DNA of 27,906 bases from Promethearchaeota archaeon (GTDB lineage: Archaea; Asgardarchaeota; Lokiarchaeia; Sigyniarchaeales; SOKP01): positions 1-27,906 of the forward strand of contig JAHLWH010000217.1 of assembly GCA_019058015.1 (NCBI GenBank), written 5' to 3'. The notes beneath the pieces were generated by a model, which was not told the origin of the DNA, ran no database searches, and saw only the letters and a list, made by a program, of their open reading frames with translations. The translations under genes and the position numbers were made by a program. Within the stretch, counting starts at the first letter, position 1. Each line of letters opens with the position of its first letter. Shown one piece after another: positions 9,436 to 19,860 of this stretch.

Positions 9436-10669
9436 TAAAAAAATGTCTAACCAACCAATTGTTATAATAAGTTCTTATCCACCACGCCTTTGCGGAATTG
9501 CAACATTTGCTGAGGAAGCAAGAGAATTTATCAAAAAAGCTAATCCTGATAGAGATGTCTTAGTTATTAGCCATACAGATGGAGAGGGAGAAGGAGTTTT
9601 TCCCTTAATTGAGATAAACAGATATGATTGGTATGAATCTGTAGCAGACAAAATAAATAAGTTGAAACCGTATGCAATTCATTTAGAACATGAATATGGG
9701 CTTTATGAATATAGAGATAGGCGTGGTATAGGGGATAGAAATGAAGGTTTTCTTAATCTTCTTGAGGCCATTGATCATTATCCCATCATAGTTGAACCAC
9801 ACACTATTCATGGCCGAATTAACGATTTTGAAGCCAATTTCATTTACCAGCTTTGTCAGAGAAGTGATATTGTTTTATTTAAATGTCATTATCAGAAATG
9901 GAGATTAGATTGGTCTTTTAGAGCTAGAGGATGGGACACTCCTAAGAACATCATGGTGGTGCCACATGGCGCTCGTTCTGATAAAAGATGGGGATTTGAG
10001 GAAATTTCTGAATTAAAAACCGAATTAGGCTTAGATGATTTGAATATATCAGATCATTTTGTAGGAATGATTGGATGGATACAAACTAATAAACGATGGG
10101 ATATTCTACTTTCAATGTGGGATGATATTCATGATGAAATTAAAGAAAAATGTGGTCAAAAATGGGATTTATTCGCTGCGGGTACTATACGTGACCCAAA
10201 TCATCAACGCGATTATAAACTGTGGAAATCTGATGTTCTTGATCTTCAGAGTAGAGGGAAAGCTTATTATTACGAATTTATCCCAAGAGGAGATATCTAT
10301 TATAAGGTGATGGCTATCAGTGATTTCATCGTTTTACCGACTATCGATGAAACTCAATCAGGGACACTCGCAAGAATAATCGCTTTGAATAAGCCATATA
10401 TCACAACAGCTCCAATGGAAGGATTAACTGCGCAAACTTTAGAAAGTGGTGGTGGATTATTATTTACGACAAAACAAATGCTAAAAAACAATGTAGTTCG
10501 ATTAGCATGTGATGAGAATCTTCGAATGACGCTTGGTGAAAATTTAAAAAAGTATCTTGACGAGGTTGTCTCATGGGAAATCATTGCTGATAAATATAAT
10601 CAAGCCTATGATTTAGCACGAAATGCCAAAATCTCTGGAAAACCAGTAATAATAGAACCTGAATTCTAA
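9428..10669 (+). CDS. GT4-family glycosyltransferase (start may be ATG 9443)
   Basis: SYPPRLCGIATF, EHEYGLY, ETQSGTLAR; related to the N-half of the upstream gene. Confidence 0.85.
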   Translation: MSNKKMSNQPIVIISSYPPRLCGIATFAEEAREFIKKANPDRDVLVISHTDGEGEGVFPLIEINRYDWYESVADKINKLKPYAIHLEHEYGLYEYRDRRGIGDRNEGFLNLLEAIDHYPIIVEPHTIHGRINDFEANFIYQLCQRSDIVLFKCHYQKWRLDWSFRARGWDTPKNIMVVPHGARSDKRWGFEEISELKTELGLDDLNISDHFVGMIGWIQTNKRWDILLSMWDDIHDEIKEKCGQKWDLFAAGTIRDPNHQRDYKLWKSDVLDLQSRGKAYYYEFIPRGDIYYKVMAISDFIVLPTIDETQSGTLARIIALNKPYITTAPMEGLTAQTLESGGGLLFTTKQMLKNNVVRLACDENLRMTLGENLKKYLDEVVSWEIIADKYNQAYDLARNAKISGKPVIIEPEF

Positions 10670-10672
10670 AGG

Positions 10673-11635
10673 GTGTTAAAAATAAAAAATAATACAATAA
10701 AAGAGCTTTTTAACCGTCATCCGCATAATCCAATTATTTCGATTAATGATCTTCCTTATAAGGCAAATTCAGTATTTAATGCAGGAGCAGTAAAAGTTAA
10801 TGAAATAGTTTTCTTATTAATGCGGGTTGAAGATAGAAGGGGTATTTCCCATTTAACATTAGCTCAAAGTAAAAATGGAATAAAGGATTGGCAGATTAAC
10901 TCTCAACCAACCTTAATACCGAACCCAGATGATTACCCTGAAGAAGTTTGGGGAATTGAAGACCCGAGAATTATTTTTTTAGAGGAAAAAAAATTATGGG
11001 CTATTACATACACAGCATTTTCTAAGGGAGGACCTTTAGTTTCATTAATAACTACTAATGACTTTCAAAATTTTACTCGTTATGGCCCTGTGATGCCACC
11101 AGAAGATAAAGATGCTGCTTTATTTCCAATTCGCTTTGATGGGCGTTGGGCAATGATTCATAGACCTGTTTCATGCCTTCCAACACCAAAAGCTAATATT
11201 TGGATTTCTTTCTCTCCAGATCTTAAACATTGGGGGGATCATCAGGTACTTATCAAAGCCAGGAAAGGTAGCTGGTGGGATGCAAATAAAATTGGCTTAT
11301 CGCCTCCACCTTTAAGAACTAATGAGGGATGGTTAATTCTTTATCATGGAGTTAAAATTACTGCCAGTGGTATTATATATAGATTAGGGCTGGCACTTTT
11401 AGATATAGTAAATCCGCGTAATTTAATTGCTAGATCTGATGAATGGATTTTTTCTCCAAAGGAATCTTACGAGGCTTATGGTGATGTAGATAAAGTAGTT
11501 TTTCCATGTGGTTGGATTCAAGAAAATGATAAAATCCTACTTTATTACGGATGTGCTGATAGTTGTATTGGTTTAGCAACAGCCAATCTTTCAGAACTTC
11601 TTGAATGGCTTAAAAAACATAATTCTTTACAATGA
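10673..11635 (+). CDS. GH130-family glycosidase / mannoside phosphorylase-like (DUF377)
   Basis: NSVFNAGA, GIEDPRI, EDKDAALFP, MIHRP, WLILYHG, VVFPCG, YYGCAD. Confidence 0.9.
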   Translation: MLKIKNNTIKELFNRHPHNPIISINDLPYKANSVFNAGAVKVNEIVFLLMRVEDRRGISHLTLAQSKNGIKDWQINSQPTLIPNPDDYPEEVWGIEDPRIIFLEEKKLWAITYTAFSKGGPLVSLITTNDFQNFTRYGPVMPPEDKDAALFPIRFDGRWAMIHRPVSCLPTPKANIWISFSPDLKHWGDHQVLIKARKGSWWDANKIGLSPPPLRTNEGWLILYHGVKITASGIIYRLGLALLDIVNPRNLIARSDEWIFSPKESYEAYGDVDKVVFPCGWIQENDKILLYYGCADSCIGLATANLSELLEWLKKHNSLQ

Positions 11636-12663
11636 GGAAGATTATGCACGTAGCAATACTCTCACCAATTGCATGGCGTACTCCTCCTCGATCTTATGGT
11701 CCATGGGAATATGTAGCTTCTTTATTAACAGAAGGTCTTATCGAGAAAGGAATTAAAGTTACCTTATTTGCTACAAAAAATTCCATTACTAAGGCAAATC
11801 TTATAAGTGTTTGTCCTTGTGGTTATGAAGAAGATAGTGAATTATTACCCAAAGTTTGGGAATGCTTACATATCTCTGAGATGTTCGAGAGGGGAGATGA
11901 CTTTGACATTATTCATAACCATTTTGATTTTCTACCTTTAACTTACATAAAAATGACATCCACTCCAGTTGTCACCACAATCCATGGCTTCTCATCACCT
12001 AAAATTTTACCAGTCTATAAAAAATACAACAATAAATCATATTATGTTTCTATTAGTAATGCTGCTAGATCTCCAGATTTAGATTATATTGCTACAGTTT
12101 ATCATGGCATAGATTTGAACCAATTTACTTTTAACGCTGAACCAAAAGATTATTTATTGTTTTTTGGTCGTATACATAATGATAAAGGTACTAAAGAAGC
12201 CATTGAAATTGCTCGTAAAGTTGGAATGAAATTAATCTTAGCGGGAATTATTCAAGATAAAAATTATTTTAAAAAAAATGTTGAACCTTTTCTTGATAAT
12301 GAATTAATAAAGTACGCTGGTGTTGCTGGTCCGAAGAAGAGGAATGAATTATTAGGAGGAGCATATGCTTTATTGAATCCTATAAATATTCCTGAGCCAT
12401 TTGGTCTATCGGTTGTGGAAGCAATGGCATGTGGAACCCCTGTAATTGCATTTAATAAAGGGAGTATGTCTGAAGTAATTGTAAATGGAAAAACAGGATT
12501 TTTAGTTAATTCTATTCATGATGCAGTTAAGTCGTTGAAAAAAGTTAACAAAATTGAACGATCAGAATGTCGTAGATGGGTCGAAAAAAAGTTTACAGTC
12601 GAAAGGATGGTTAACGATTACATTAAGGTCTATAAATCGATTTTAATAAGAGAAAAAAATTAA
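11632..12663 (+). CDS. GT4-family glycosyltransferase
   Basis: RTPPRSYGPWE, FGRIHNDKG, EPFGLSVVEAMACGTPVI; ATGA overlap with GH130. Confidence 0.92.
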   Translation: MRKIMHVAILSPIAWRTPPRSYGPWEYVASLLTEGLIEKGIKVTLFATKNSITKANLISVCPCGYEEDSELLPKVWECLHISEMFERGDDFDIIHNHFDFLPLTYIKMTSTPVVTTIHGFSSPKILPVYKKYNNKSYYVSISNAARSPDLDYIATVYHGIDLNQFTFNAEPKDYLLFFGRIHNDKGTKEAIEIARKVGMKLILAGIIQDKNYFKKNVEPFLDNELIKYAGVAGPKKRNELLGGAYALLNPINIPEPFGLSVVEAMACGTPVIAFNKGSMSEVIVNGKTGFLVNSIHDAVKSLKKVNKIERSECRRWVEKKFTVERMVNDYIKVYKSILIREKN

Positions 12664-12953
12664 ATTACAACCTGAGAATTTAATACTGATTGATTATATA
12701 GATCAAAAAATTTCCAATATTAATCTCAGCACAGTTTAAAATATTATGTTAATAAATTATTGATTTTATAAAATATAGCTTATAAAACAAAAATCATTTA
12801 TATCCCAAAATATCTCCTAAAACGAAATTCTATGAATATTTCAACACCCATTTCTGAATTTAATAAATTATAAATGAAATTTTTAAAAACTTGAAAGTAT
12901 TAGAAAACTTGGATTAAAATTTATGCGAAATTTAAAATTATTAGTAGCAAAAT

Positions 12954-13547
12954 ATGAATGTATCTATAGAAGAACTTAAAAATAGCGAGTTATATTCAGA
13001 AGAATTAAATATAGAATTAAGAAAAAATACTGATGAAGAATTATTTAAGTGGTTTCTGGCAAGTATTTTGTTTGGGGCAAGGATTCAAGCTAAAATTGCT
13101 AAAAATACTTATAAAACCTTTGAAAAATACGATTTATTAAAACCCAAGAAAATTTTAGATGCTGGTCGGGATTATTTGGTTTCACCCATAATGAGAGAAG
13201 GTGGCTATGTTCGTTATGATGGAAAAACGTCAGATCAAATCTTAAAAAATTATAGAACTATTTTAGATAAATATAATGGGAGTTTGCTAAAAATACATAG
13301 TAAATCAAATAGTAATAAGGAACTCGAAAAAAATTTAAAAAAATTTCATGGTATTGGATCCGTTACAGTAAATATTTTCTTAAGAGAATTGAGACCTATA
13401 TGGGAAAAAGCAAATCCAGAACCATTAGACAGAGTTAAAAATATTGCAGAGGAGCTAGATATTGATTTAAGCGAGTTTAATCGAAAATCCTGGGATTTTG
13501 TTAGAGTTGAAGCTGGACTTATCCGATTAAGAGAAAAGATTTTATAA
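12954..13547 (+). CDS. HhH-GPD/endonuclease III-like helical protein of unknown activity
   Basis: LFKWFLASILFGARI, GGYVRYD, HhH-like FHGIGSVTVNIFLRELR; no Fe-S Cys motif. Confidence 0.65.
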   Translation: MNVSIEELKNSELYSEELNIELRKNTDEELFKWFLASILFGARIQAKIAKNTYKTFEKYDLLKPKKILDAGRDYLVSPIMREGGYVRYDGKTSDQILKNYRTILDKYNGSLLKIHSKSNSNKELEKNLKKFHGIGSVTVNIFLRELRPIWEKANPEPLDRVKNIAEELDIDLSEFNRKSWDFVRVEAGLIRLREKIL

Positions 13548-13707
13548 AAGGGATTATATAAGGGATTCAATCTTATGAATTTTTAATTAATACCGTATTT
13601 AAGACTTAATTTTTATTTTCTTATTCAATATTTAGTTTAATTTCTGTAATTAGAGAATTCAATAACGGAAAATATGTAAGATCTAATATATGAAATAAAT
13701 TTTCAAA

Positions 13708-14106
13708 TTAAGAAATAAATTGATGGGCTTTTTTCAATACTTTTTTTACATTTTTAAAATCAACTTGTTCTATAGCCTCATCAAATGATAACCATTTATA
13801 ATCATCGTGCTCATAACTTAATTTTATCTTTTTTTCATTAGATTTTATTAGAAGATAATCTACAAATTTATGTATTCTTTCCCCTTTAAAGGTGTAATAA
13901 TAATCTATAGCTTCATTAAATCCCTCTATGATTTCAGCATCTTTCATGCAAGTTTCTTCATATAATTCTCGCATGATTGTTTCCTCTTTTGATTCTCCTT
14001 TCTCAACATTTCCCTTAACCAAACCCCAATGCCCCATACCATATTTGAGAAGTAAGCATTTATTTCCCTTAAAAACAACAGCACCAACAGATTTTTCATA
14101 TTTCAT
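13708..14106 (-). CDS. NUDIX hydrolase, Ap4A hydrolase-like
   Basis: Nudix box GNVEKGESKEETIMRELYEETC; LSYEHDDYKW motif. Confidence 0.9.
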   Translation of the reverse strand: MKYEKSVGAVVFKGNKCLLLKYGMGHWGLVKGNVEKGESKEETIMRELYEETCMKDAEIIEGFNEAIDYYYTFKGERIHKFVDYLLIKSNEKKIKLSYEHDDYKWLSFDEAIEQVDFKNVKKVLKKAHQFIS

Positions 14107-14164
14107 TATCTTAACCTTTTTTTTTTAGAATTTATTTATGATTTCTAATAATAATTATCTATCT

Positions 14165-16206
14165 TTAATCTGGTAATTTTTTATTGTTAATCATATTTAA
14201 GAAATCCTTTTCTTCAAGAATTATCATATTATCTCTTTAGCTTTATCAAATTTTGACCCAGGATTCTTTCCAACAACTAAATAATCTGTTTCCCTACTCA
14301 CATTAGAAGTGACTCTCCCACCATATTTTTTTACTTCTTTGGAAGCTTCATCTCTAGTATATTTATCTAAAGCCCCTGTAAATACGAATTTTTTTCCCTC
14401 TAAGAAATTATTAAATTCTTCCTTCTCAGCAATCATATTAATCCCATGCTGTCTTAACTGTTGGATTAATTCACTGTTTTTTTCTTCATTAAAAAAATTT
14501 ACAACACTCTTTGCTATTTTTGGACCGATTCCATCAATTTTCTCTAATTCTTTGGGGAAAACATTCATTAATTCTTCAATATTGCTATAATGTTCGGTAA
14601 GAATTTGAGCTATATATTCACCAACGAAAGGAATACCCAATCCAAATATTAATCTCCAAAGGGCTCTCTCCTTGCTATTGTTAATCGCTTCTAAGAGATT
14701 TATGGATAATTTTTTTCCCATCCTTTCAATTTTTCTAAGTTCTTCTACTTTTAAGTCATAAATATCGGCTATATTTTTTACTACGCCCTTATCAACTAGT
14801 TTATTTAATAATTGTGGACCTAAACCCTCTATATTCATGACATTTCGGGAACCCCAATGCTCGATTCTTTGTTTTATTTGTGCAGGACATTGAGAATTCA
14901 TACATCTTCTAATTACTTTACTCCCAATCATTTTAGCAGCACTACCACAGATGGGGCATCTTTGTGGCATTTCAAATTTATTTTCACTATCATCTCGGTT
15001 CTTTTTAATTGCTTTAATAACTTGAGGGATAATTTCTCCTGCTTTTTCCACTAAAACTGTATCTCCTATACGTATATCTTTCTGTCTTATTTCTTCTTCA
15101 TTATGTAACGATACTCTGGAAACCTGTGTTCCTGAAAGTTTAATCGGTTCTAAGATAGCAACAGGAGTTAATTTACCGGTTCTACCCACCATAATTTCAA
15201 TATTCTTAATCTTGGTTGTTTTTCTTTTAGGTGGATATTTATATGCCATTGCCCATTTGGGATGATGTTTTGTTGTTCCTAAAATTTCATGTACTTTTAA
15301 ATTATTTACTTTTATTACAATTCCATCAATTTCATAATTCAAATCTTCAATTTGATTCCTAAATCTTTCAATATATTTCATAACTTCTTCAATTCCATCC
15401 TTTCTAATAACTTTATCATTAATCCTTAATCCTGCTTTTTTAATCTCATCAATTTTTTCCCAATGAGTCTTAAAATTATCATCCTCATAATAACTAATTG
15501 AGTAAATAAAAATATTAAGTGGACATTGAGCAACTTTTTTAGGATCTTTGTTTCGGACTGTTCCTGCAGCAGCATTTCTTGGATTAGCAAAAGGTTCTTT
15601 TACTTCTTTTATTCTCTTTTTATTCATTTCTCTAAAAGCATCTTTAGGCATATAAACTTCTCCTCTAAATTCAACATTATTTAAGAAGGTATCAACAGTT
15701 AATTTTAAAGGATTAGACTTTATAGTTTTTAAATTTGGAGTAATATCTTCTCCTTTAGAACCATCACCCCAAGTGGCCCCTCTTTTGAAAATCTTATTTT
15801 CAAAATAAAGTGCTACTCCCAATCCATCAATCTTCGGCTCCACTACATATTATATTTTTTTTTCTCCAATTTTTAGTCTGATTTTTTCATCAAAATCTCT
15901 TAAATCTTCATAATTATTGCTTTTATCTAAACTAAGCATCTTTCTTTTATGTTCCACAGTTTCAAACTCTTCTATTTTTTCAGCACCCACTCTTTGAGTT
16001 GGTGAATCTTCAGAGATATATTCAGGATAAGTTCTTTCAAGAGATTCTAATTCCTTATAAAGTTGATCATATTCATAATCGCTAATTACTGGATTAACTT
16101 CTATATAATATTTTCTATTATTATAGCGAATTTTTTTTTTTAATTCTTCTATTCTCTTTTTTGCATCTTCTTTATTTTTAGGAATTTCAAATTTGTGTTT
16201 TGACAT
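14165..16206 (-). pseudogene. ligA: NAD-dependent DNA ligase, disabled
   Basis: ISDYEYDQL, SPTQRVG, EPKIDG, ANPRNAAAG, EIDGIVIK, VGRTGKLTP, Zn finger CPICGS..C..C, HhH, BRCT. In-frame TAA at 15852-15850; frameshift near 14231 hides the BRCT end NMIILEEKDFLNMINNKKLPD* (stop 14165). Confidence 0.92.
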
Positions 16207-16426
16207 ATTTTTGATGGTTTTTTCAGTTGATTCTCTTTCGAATTTTGTTTAGATCTTTTTTAAATCATCTCAATAATAATTTAACAATAATAAAATAATT
16301 TAATGATTTAATTATAAATTGATAAAATTTTGAGTTTAAAATCCTTCAATATAGTTCCTCTTATAGTTTCAATAAAAACGATGGAGTAATTTTTTTATAA
16401 TTCTAACTATATTAACTTCAAAGTTA

Positions 16427-16756
16427 TTAACTTTCAATTAAGATATTTTCTTCAGGAAATCCCTCTTTTATAAGAAACTTCTTCAGTCTAAAGCGGTGTT
16501 CTCCTTGTAATTCAATATGATTATCTCCAAATGTCCCACCAGACGCGCATTTTGTCTTCGCTTTAGTGATGAGTTTATCTAAATCAATATTAAAATCACC
16601 ATTAAACTTAACAATGGTAACTATTTTCCCCCATCTCCGTTTTTCATTATAAATTTTTATTTGTTGTTCTTCAGCTTCTAATATTTCACATATACATAAC
16701 TCCTTAGGAAAACTACATACAGGACAAATATTCTTATCTTTAATTTTAATAATCAC
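16427..16756 (-). CDS. Translation initiation factor aIF1 (SUI1 homolog); true start may be ATT 16744
   Basis: ICPVCSFPKELCICE, KRRWGKIVT, CASGGT, IELQGEHR. Confidence 0.93.
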   Translation of the reverse strand: MIIKIKDKNICPVCSFPKELCICEILEAEEQQIKIYNEKRRWGKIVTIVKFNGDFNIDLDKLITKAKTKCASGGTFGDNHIELQGEHRFRLKKFLIKEGFPEENILIES

Positions 16757-16850
16757 CTCTTTTACAATTTTATATTTATAATTTTAAAAATATTTAATAG
16801 AAAGGAAATCTTTTTCTTTTTTTTTTTAACGAGAAAACTCTTTTTATTTT

Positions 16851-17102
16851 TTACCAAAAACTCTTAATTTTCTCTCTTAATCCTCTCTTTTCGAGAAGTT
16901 GCTCTAATTTCCACTTATATTCAAAAATAGGTATAAATTTTATATTGTCAGTTAATAATTCTTTTACTTTTTTTGGATCCTTTATATGAGTTATGATTAA
17001 TAAATCTGTTTTAAAGTCTTGCTTAGTTAATTTTCTGTTAATATTCAATATTCTGGGATGCCTAATGTTTGGACTAACTAAAAATAAGCCTTTAGAATTC
17101 AT
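16851..17102 (-). CDS. Small hypothetical protein (ORF track start GTG 17114)
   Basis: ORF tightly downstream of tfb on the same strand; no recognised motif. Confidence 0.55.
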   Translation of the reverse strand: MNSKGLFLVSPNIRHPRILNINRKLTKQDFKTDLLIITHIKDPKKVKELLTDNIKFIPIFEYKWKLEQLLEKRGLREKIKSFW

Positions 17103-17124
17103 AATCACAATCACAATCTTAATT

Positions 17125-18033
17125 TTAATTTAATACCTCTTTAATGTCCTTTAATCTAGTTCTTAAAGTCACTTCAGTAATTTTAGCGATATCTGAAACT
17201 TCAGTTTGGGTCTTTCGATGCTTAGTAGATCTTGCTACCATATATATCGCAGAAGCAGCAAATCCTTTTGGATCTTTTCCATTTGTAGAAAGCCCTTTTA
17301 TAGAGGATGTTTTGAGTAACTTCAATGCTTCTTTTTGTGTTTTGAAAGGAATTTTTAACTTATTTCCAAATCTAAATACCAATTGTTCTGATGTGATTGG
17401 TTTATATTTGAGATTAAGTTCTGGTAAAACTTCTTTAATTAATATTCCTAAAGAGCGAATAACTGTTCTTCGAGAAGTTACACATGCCTTGCATATTTCT
17501 TCCAATAGTCTAGGAATTTCATGAACTCGAATCGCAGCATATAAGGAAGCCGATACAAAACCATCTATTGATCTACCCATTGTTAATTTCTTTTTTGCAA
17601 CCGATATATAAATTCTCCAAGCTGTTTGATAAACATATTCAGGAATATTTAATTTAGAAACAAGTAGTTTCATTTTAGGTTTAGCGTCCCATAAATTTCT
17701 TTCTATTCCCGAAGTTAAAGATCTTTGTATTTTTGATAAACGTTTGAATAATAGTTTTCTTTTAGCATTAATATGATGACCATTAGAATCAACATTATTA
17801 TTTGGAAGTAGGGTTCTGGGACCAAAATTTCTCCATTTTACTTGCGTTCTTTTCCTTTTTCTTAATTCATCAGATGTGAAAGCTCTTCTCTCTTTTCTAA
17901 TTAATTGATTACCAAAAACCATACCACAATTTATGCATATAATTTGACCATTTCTTAAATCCACACATTGATTTTCACAACATTGTTCCTTTTTATTTAA
18001 TTTAGAAAAGCTTTTTTCTTTATAATTACTCAT
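17125..18033 (-). CDS. tfb: Transcription initiation factor IIB
   Basis: N-terminal Zn ribbon CC...ICINCG, ERRAF, cyclin repeats MGRSIDGFVSASLYAAIR and GKDPKGFAASAIY, TQTEVSDIAKITEVTLRTR. Confidence 0.94.
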   Translation of the reverse strand: MSNYKEKSFSKLNKKEQCCENQCVDLRNGQIICINCGMVFGNQLIRKERRAFTSDELRKRKRTQVKWRNFGPRTLLPNNNVDSNGHHINAKRKLLFKRLSKIQRSLTSGIERNLWDAKPKMKLLVSKLNIPEYVYQTAWRIYISVAKKKLTMGRSIDGFVSASLYAAIRVHEIPRLLEEICKACVTSRRTVIRSLGILIKEVLPELNLKYKPITSEQLVFRFGNKLKIPFKTQKEALKLLKTSSIKGLSTNGKDPKGFAASAIYMVARSTKHRKTQTEVSDIAKITEVTLRTRLKDIKEVLN

Positions 18034-18223
18034 TTTTAACTTTACTAATCTTTTAAATTTATTACTTTATGATAAAATCCTTTTTATTTATCCTATTTTA
18101 CAGTATTTTTATAAAATTACTCATTGGTAAAACATATTGCCTTTTAATAGCATTTTTTGAATAATATGACTTAAAATCTGAAAACACGAACATTTTTAAG
18201 ATTTTAAGTAATTTATTTTATTT

Positions 18224-19192
18224 ATGAATCTAACTCTCAAAAAATTTGATATACTTTATATAATTGGTTTAGTTGCAACTACTATTTTCATGATTCTTGA
18301 ATTGATCTTTGGATTTGTTGCGTTGAATATTACTTTCTTAATTTTTTTTTGGACAATGAAGCTTCTTGCCGGTTTTGGTTTGATATTAACTGTTGCAAAT
18401 GGTATTTTGTGGATTCTAAATCGTTTTACTGAAAAATTTAGTAAAAAACATGTTCAGGTTCTTATAATTATTCAAGTAATAGTTCCAGGAATTTTCGTAG
18501 GATATGCTATTTATAGCATAATTTCAAGCTTACCTCCCGCAATACCTCCAACAGGTATACAATATTGGTTTGATCTTCTAATATTTCTTTACGGTATTAT
18601 CTCTTTAATGTTATCATTATATATAATTCCCTTAATTAGAGAAGAATTTCAGGAAGCTGTAGACATGGGAATAATTAAGCGTATGAAGAGAGGAACAAAA
18701 AAAATAGGAAGAAAAATGAAGAAAAGATACTTTAGCTGGAGAGGAAAGTATGCGAAAGTTCAAATTCAAGATCAGATGACATTAGGAGAAGTCCTAGATA
18801 TCTGGAGAAATCAATTTGCAGTGTATTTGCTTATCCCGATTGCCATAGGTTCCCTTATCTTTACACCTATAGCATTTATTTGCATAGTCTTTTGGCTAAA
18901 AATAATTGTTTTTGATAAAGGCGAGCCTAAGTTTTATGAAAGAATAGTTTTACTTATCTCCACGATTTGGATCGCAACAATCGCATGTTTGTCTTACACC
19001 TTCAAACTTGTATTCTTTACATCTATCGAGCCATTTTTCTGGACTATTCAGGTGTTTTACCTAGTTGGAATTGTTATCTCCACCGGTATATTCATTCGTC
19101 AATTCATTAAACTTAAAGGAATAACAATAAAAAAAATTAAGGAAGAAATCCATGAAAGAAGAGCGGCAGAGGATATTGAGGAAACAGATTAG
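18224..19192 (+). CDS. Hypothetical polytopic membrane protein
   Basis: About 7 hydrophobic segments with a long basic loop (KRMKRGTKKIGRKMKKRYFSWRGK). Confidence 0.8.
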   Translation: MNLTLKKFDILYIIGLVATTIFMILELIFGFVALNITFLIFFWTMKLLAGFGLILTVANGILWILNRFTEKFSKKHVQVLIIIQVIVPGIFVGYAIYSIISSLPPAIPPTGIQYWFDLLIFLYGIISLMLSLYIIPLIREEFQEAVDMGIIKRMKRGTKKIGRKMKKRYFSWRGKYAKVQIQDQMTLGEVLDIWRNQFAVYLLIPIAIGSLIFTPIAFICIVFWLKIIVFDKGEPKFYERIVLLISTIWIATIACLSYTFKLVFFTSIEPFFWTIQVFYLVGIVISTGIFIRQFIKLKGITIKKIKEEIHERRAAEDIEETD

Positions 19193-19368
19193 GCTGAATA
19201 AATTTTTTAAAAATTTATTAATTCTATTTGTTTAAAATGTTCGATTTTTAAGAATTACTAAAGGGAAAATCTTCTCAATAAATTATATTTTTAATTTGGA
19301 AAGATATACTTCAAATTTCATAGAATAACTTACAAGTATATAAAGAAATCAAAGATCGGAATTGGTTT

Positions 19369-19860
19369 TTAAATTACATACTTTCTTACTTCTTCCCATC
19401 TATTTATCTTTCTTAGAAAATGGATACAAGCATTTTGCCATTCTGATTCGGATCTTGGTAATAGTTTTGGATAAAAATCTCTGAAGAATATGTATGCTCT
19501 TATTTTATGTTTATTTTGTGTTTCAATAAATATATAGAGATATACTAAGGTCTAAATAATAACCTCTCTCAAATTTAATAAAAATGCATAGTTTACTACT
19601 TAAAAGTAAAAAAGATTTCCAAGTTTGAAGAGTTAATTGGATTGGATGGGTTGTATCATCTTTTTAGAAAAAGATTTCATCAATTAAAAAGAGTTACAGG
19701 AAGGTGTGAGCGATTAAACCATGAATGGAAGATTTGAGCTAAGAGGATTTTTAAGTCCTGTCGTTGATTATTAATTGAAAAATTTGATTTCAATAAGAAG
19801 ACAATCTCATCACTAATTTTTTTAGAGACCACTTCCTATTTATATTCAGATAGAAAATTT
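19369..19860 (-). pseudogene. Probable degraded gene remnant, family unknown
   Basis: Minus-strand protein-like fragments EVVSKKISDEIVFLLKSNF...AQIFHSWFNRSHLP and YIFIETQNKHKIRAYIFFRDFYPKLLPRSESEWQNACIHFLRKINRWEEVRKYVI*, separated by stops and a frameshift. Confidence 0.35.

Noticed and set aside
15841-15863. Programmed frameshift or naturally split ligA at the A-run
   Set aside because: Both pieces are in the same frame; the break is a nonsense codon, and independent lesions exist.
877-17524. Overlapping ORF-track entries 877-1152, 1579-1776, 1965-2507, 2741-2995, 4388-4588, 5914-6108, 10071-10310, 10354-10584, 13346-13570, 13928-14128, 14309-14590, 14857-15054, 17144-17524
   Set aside because: Antisense or alternate-frame overlaps of better-supported genes, with no recognisable motifs.
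19621-19737. Plus-strand fragment YHLFRKRF...LNH resembling a tyrosine recombinase motif
   Set aside because: Spacing is too short, no catalytic Tyr context, and it is probably the shadow of the minus-strand relic.
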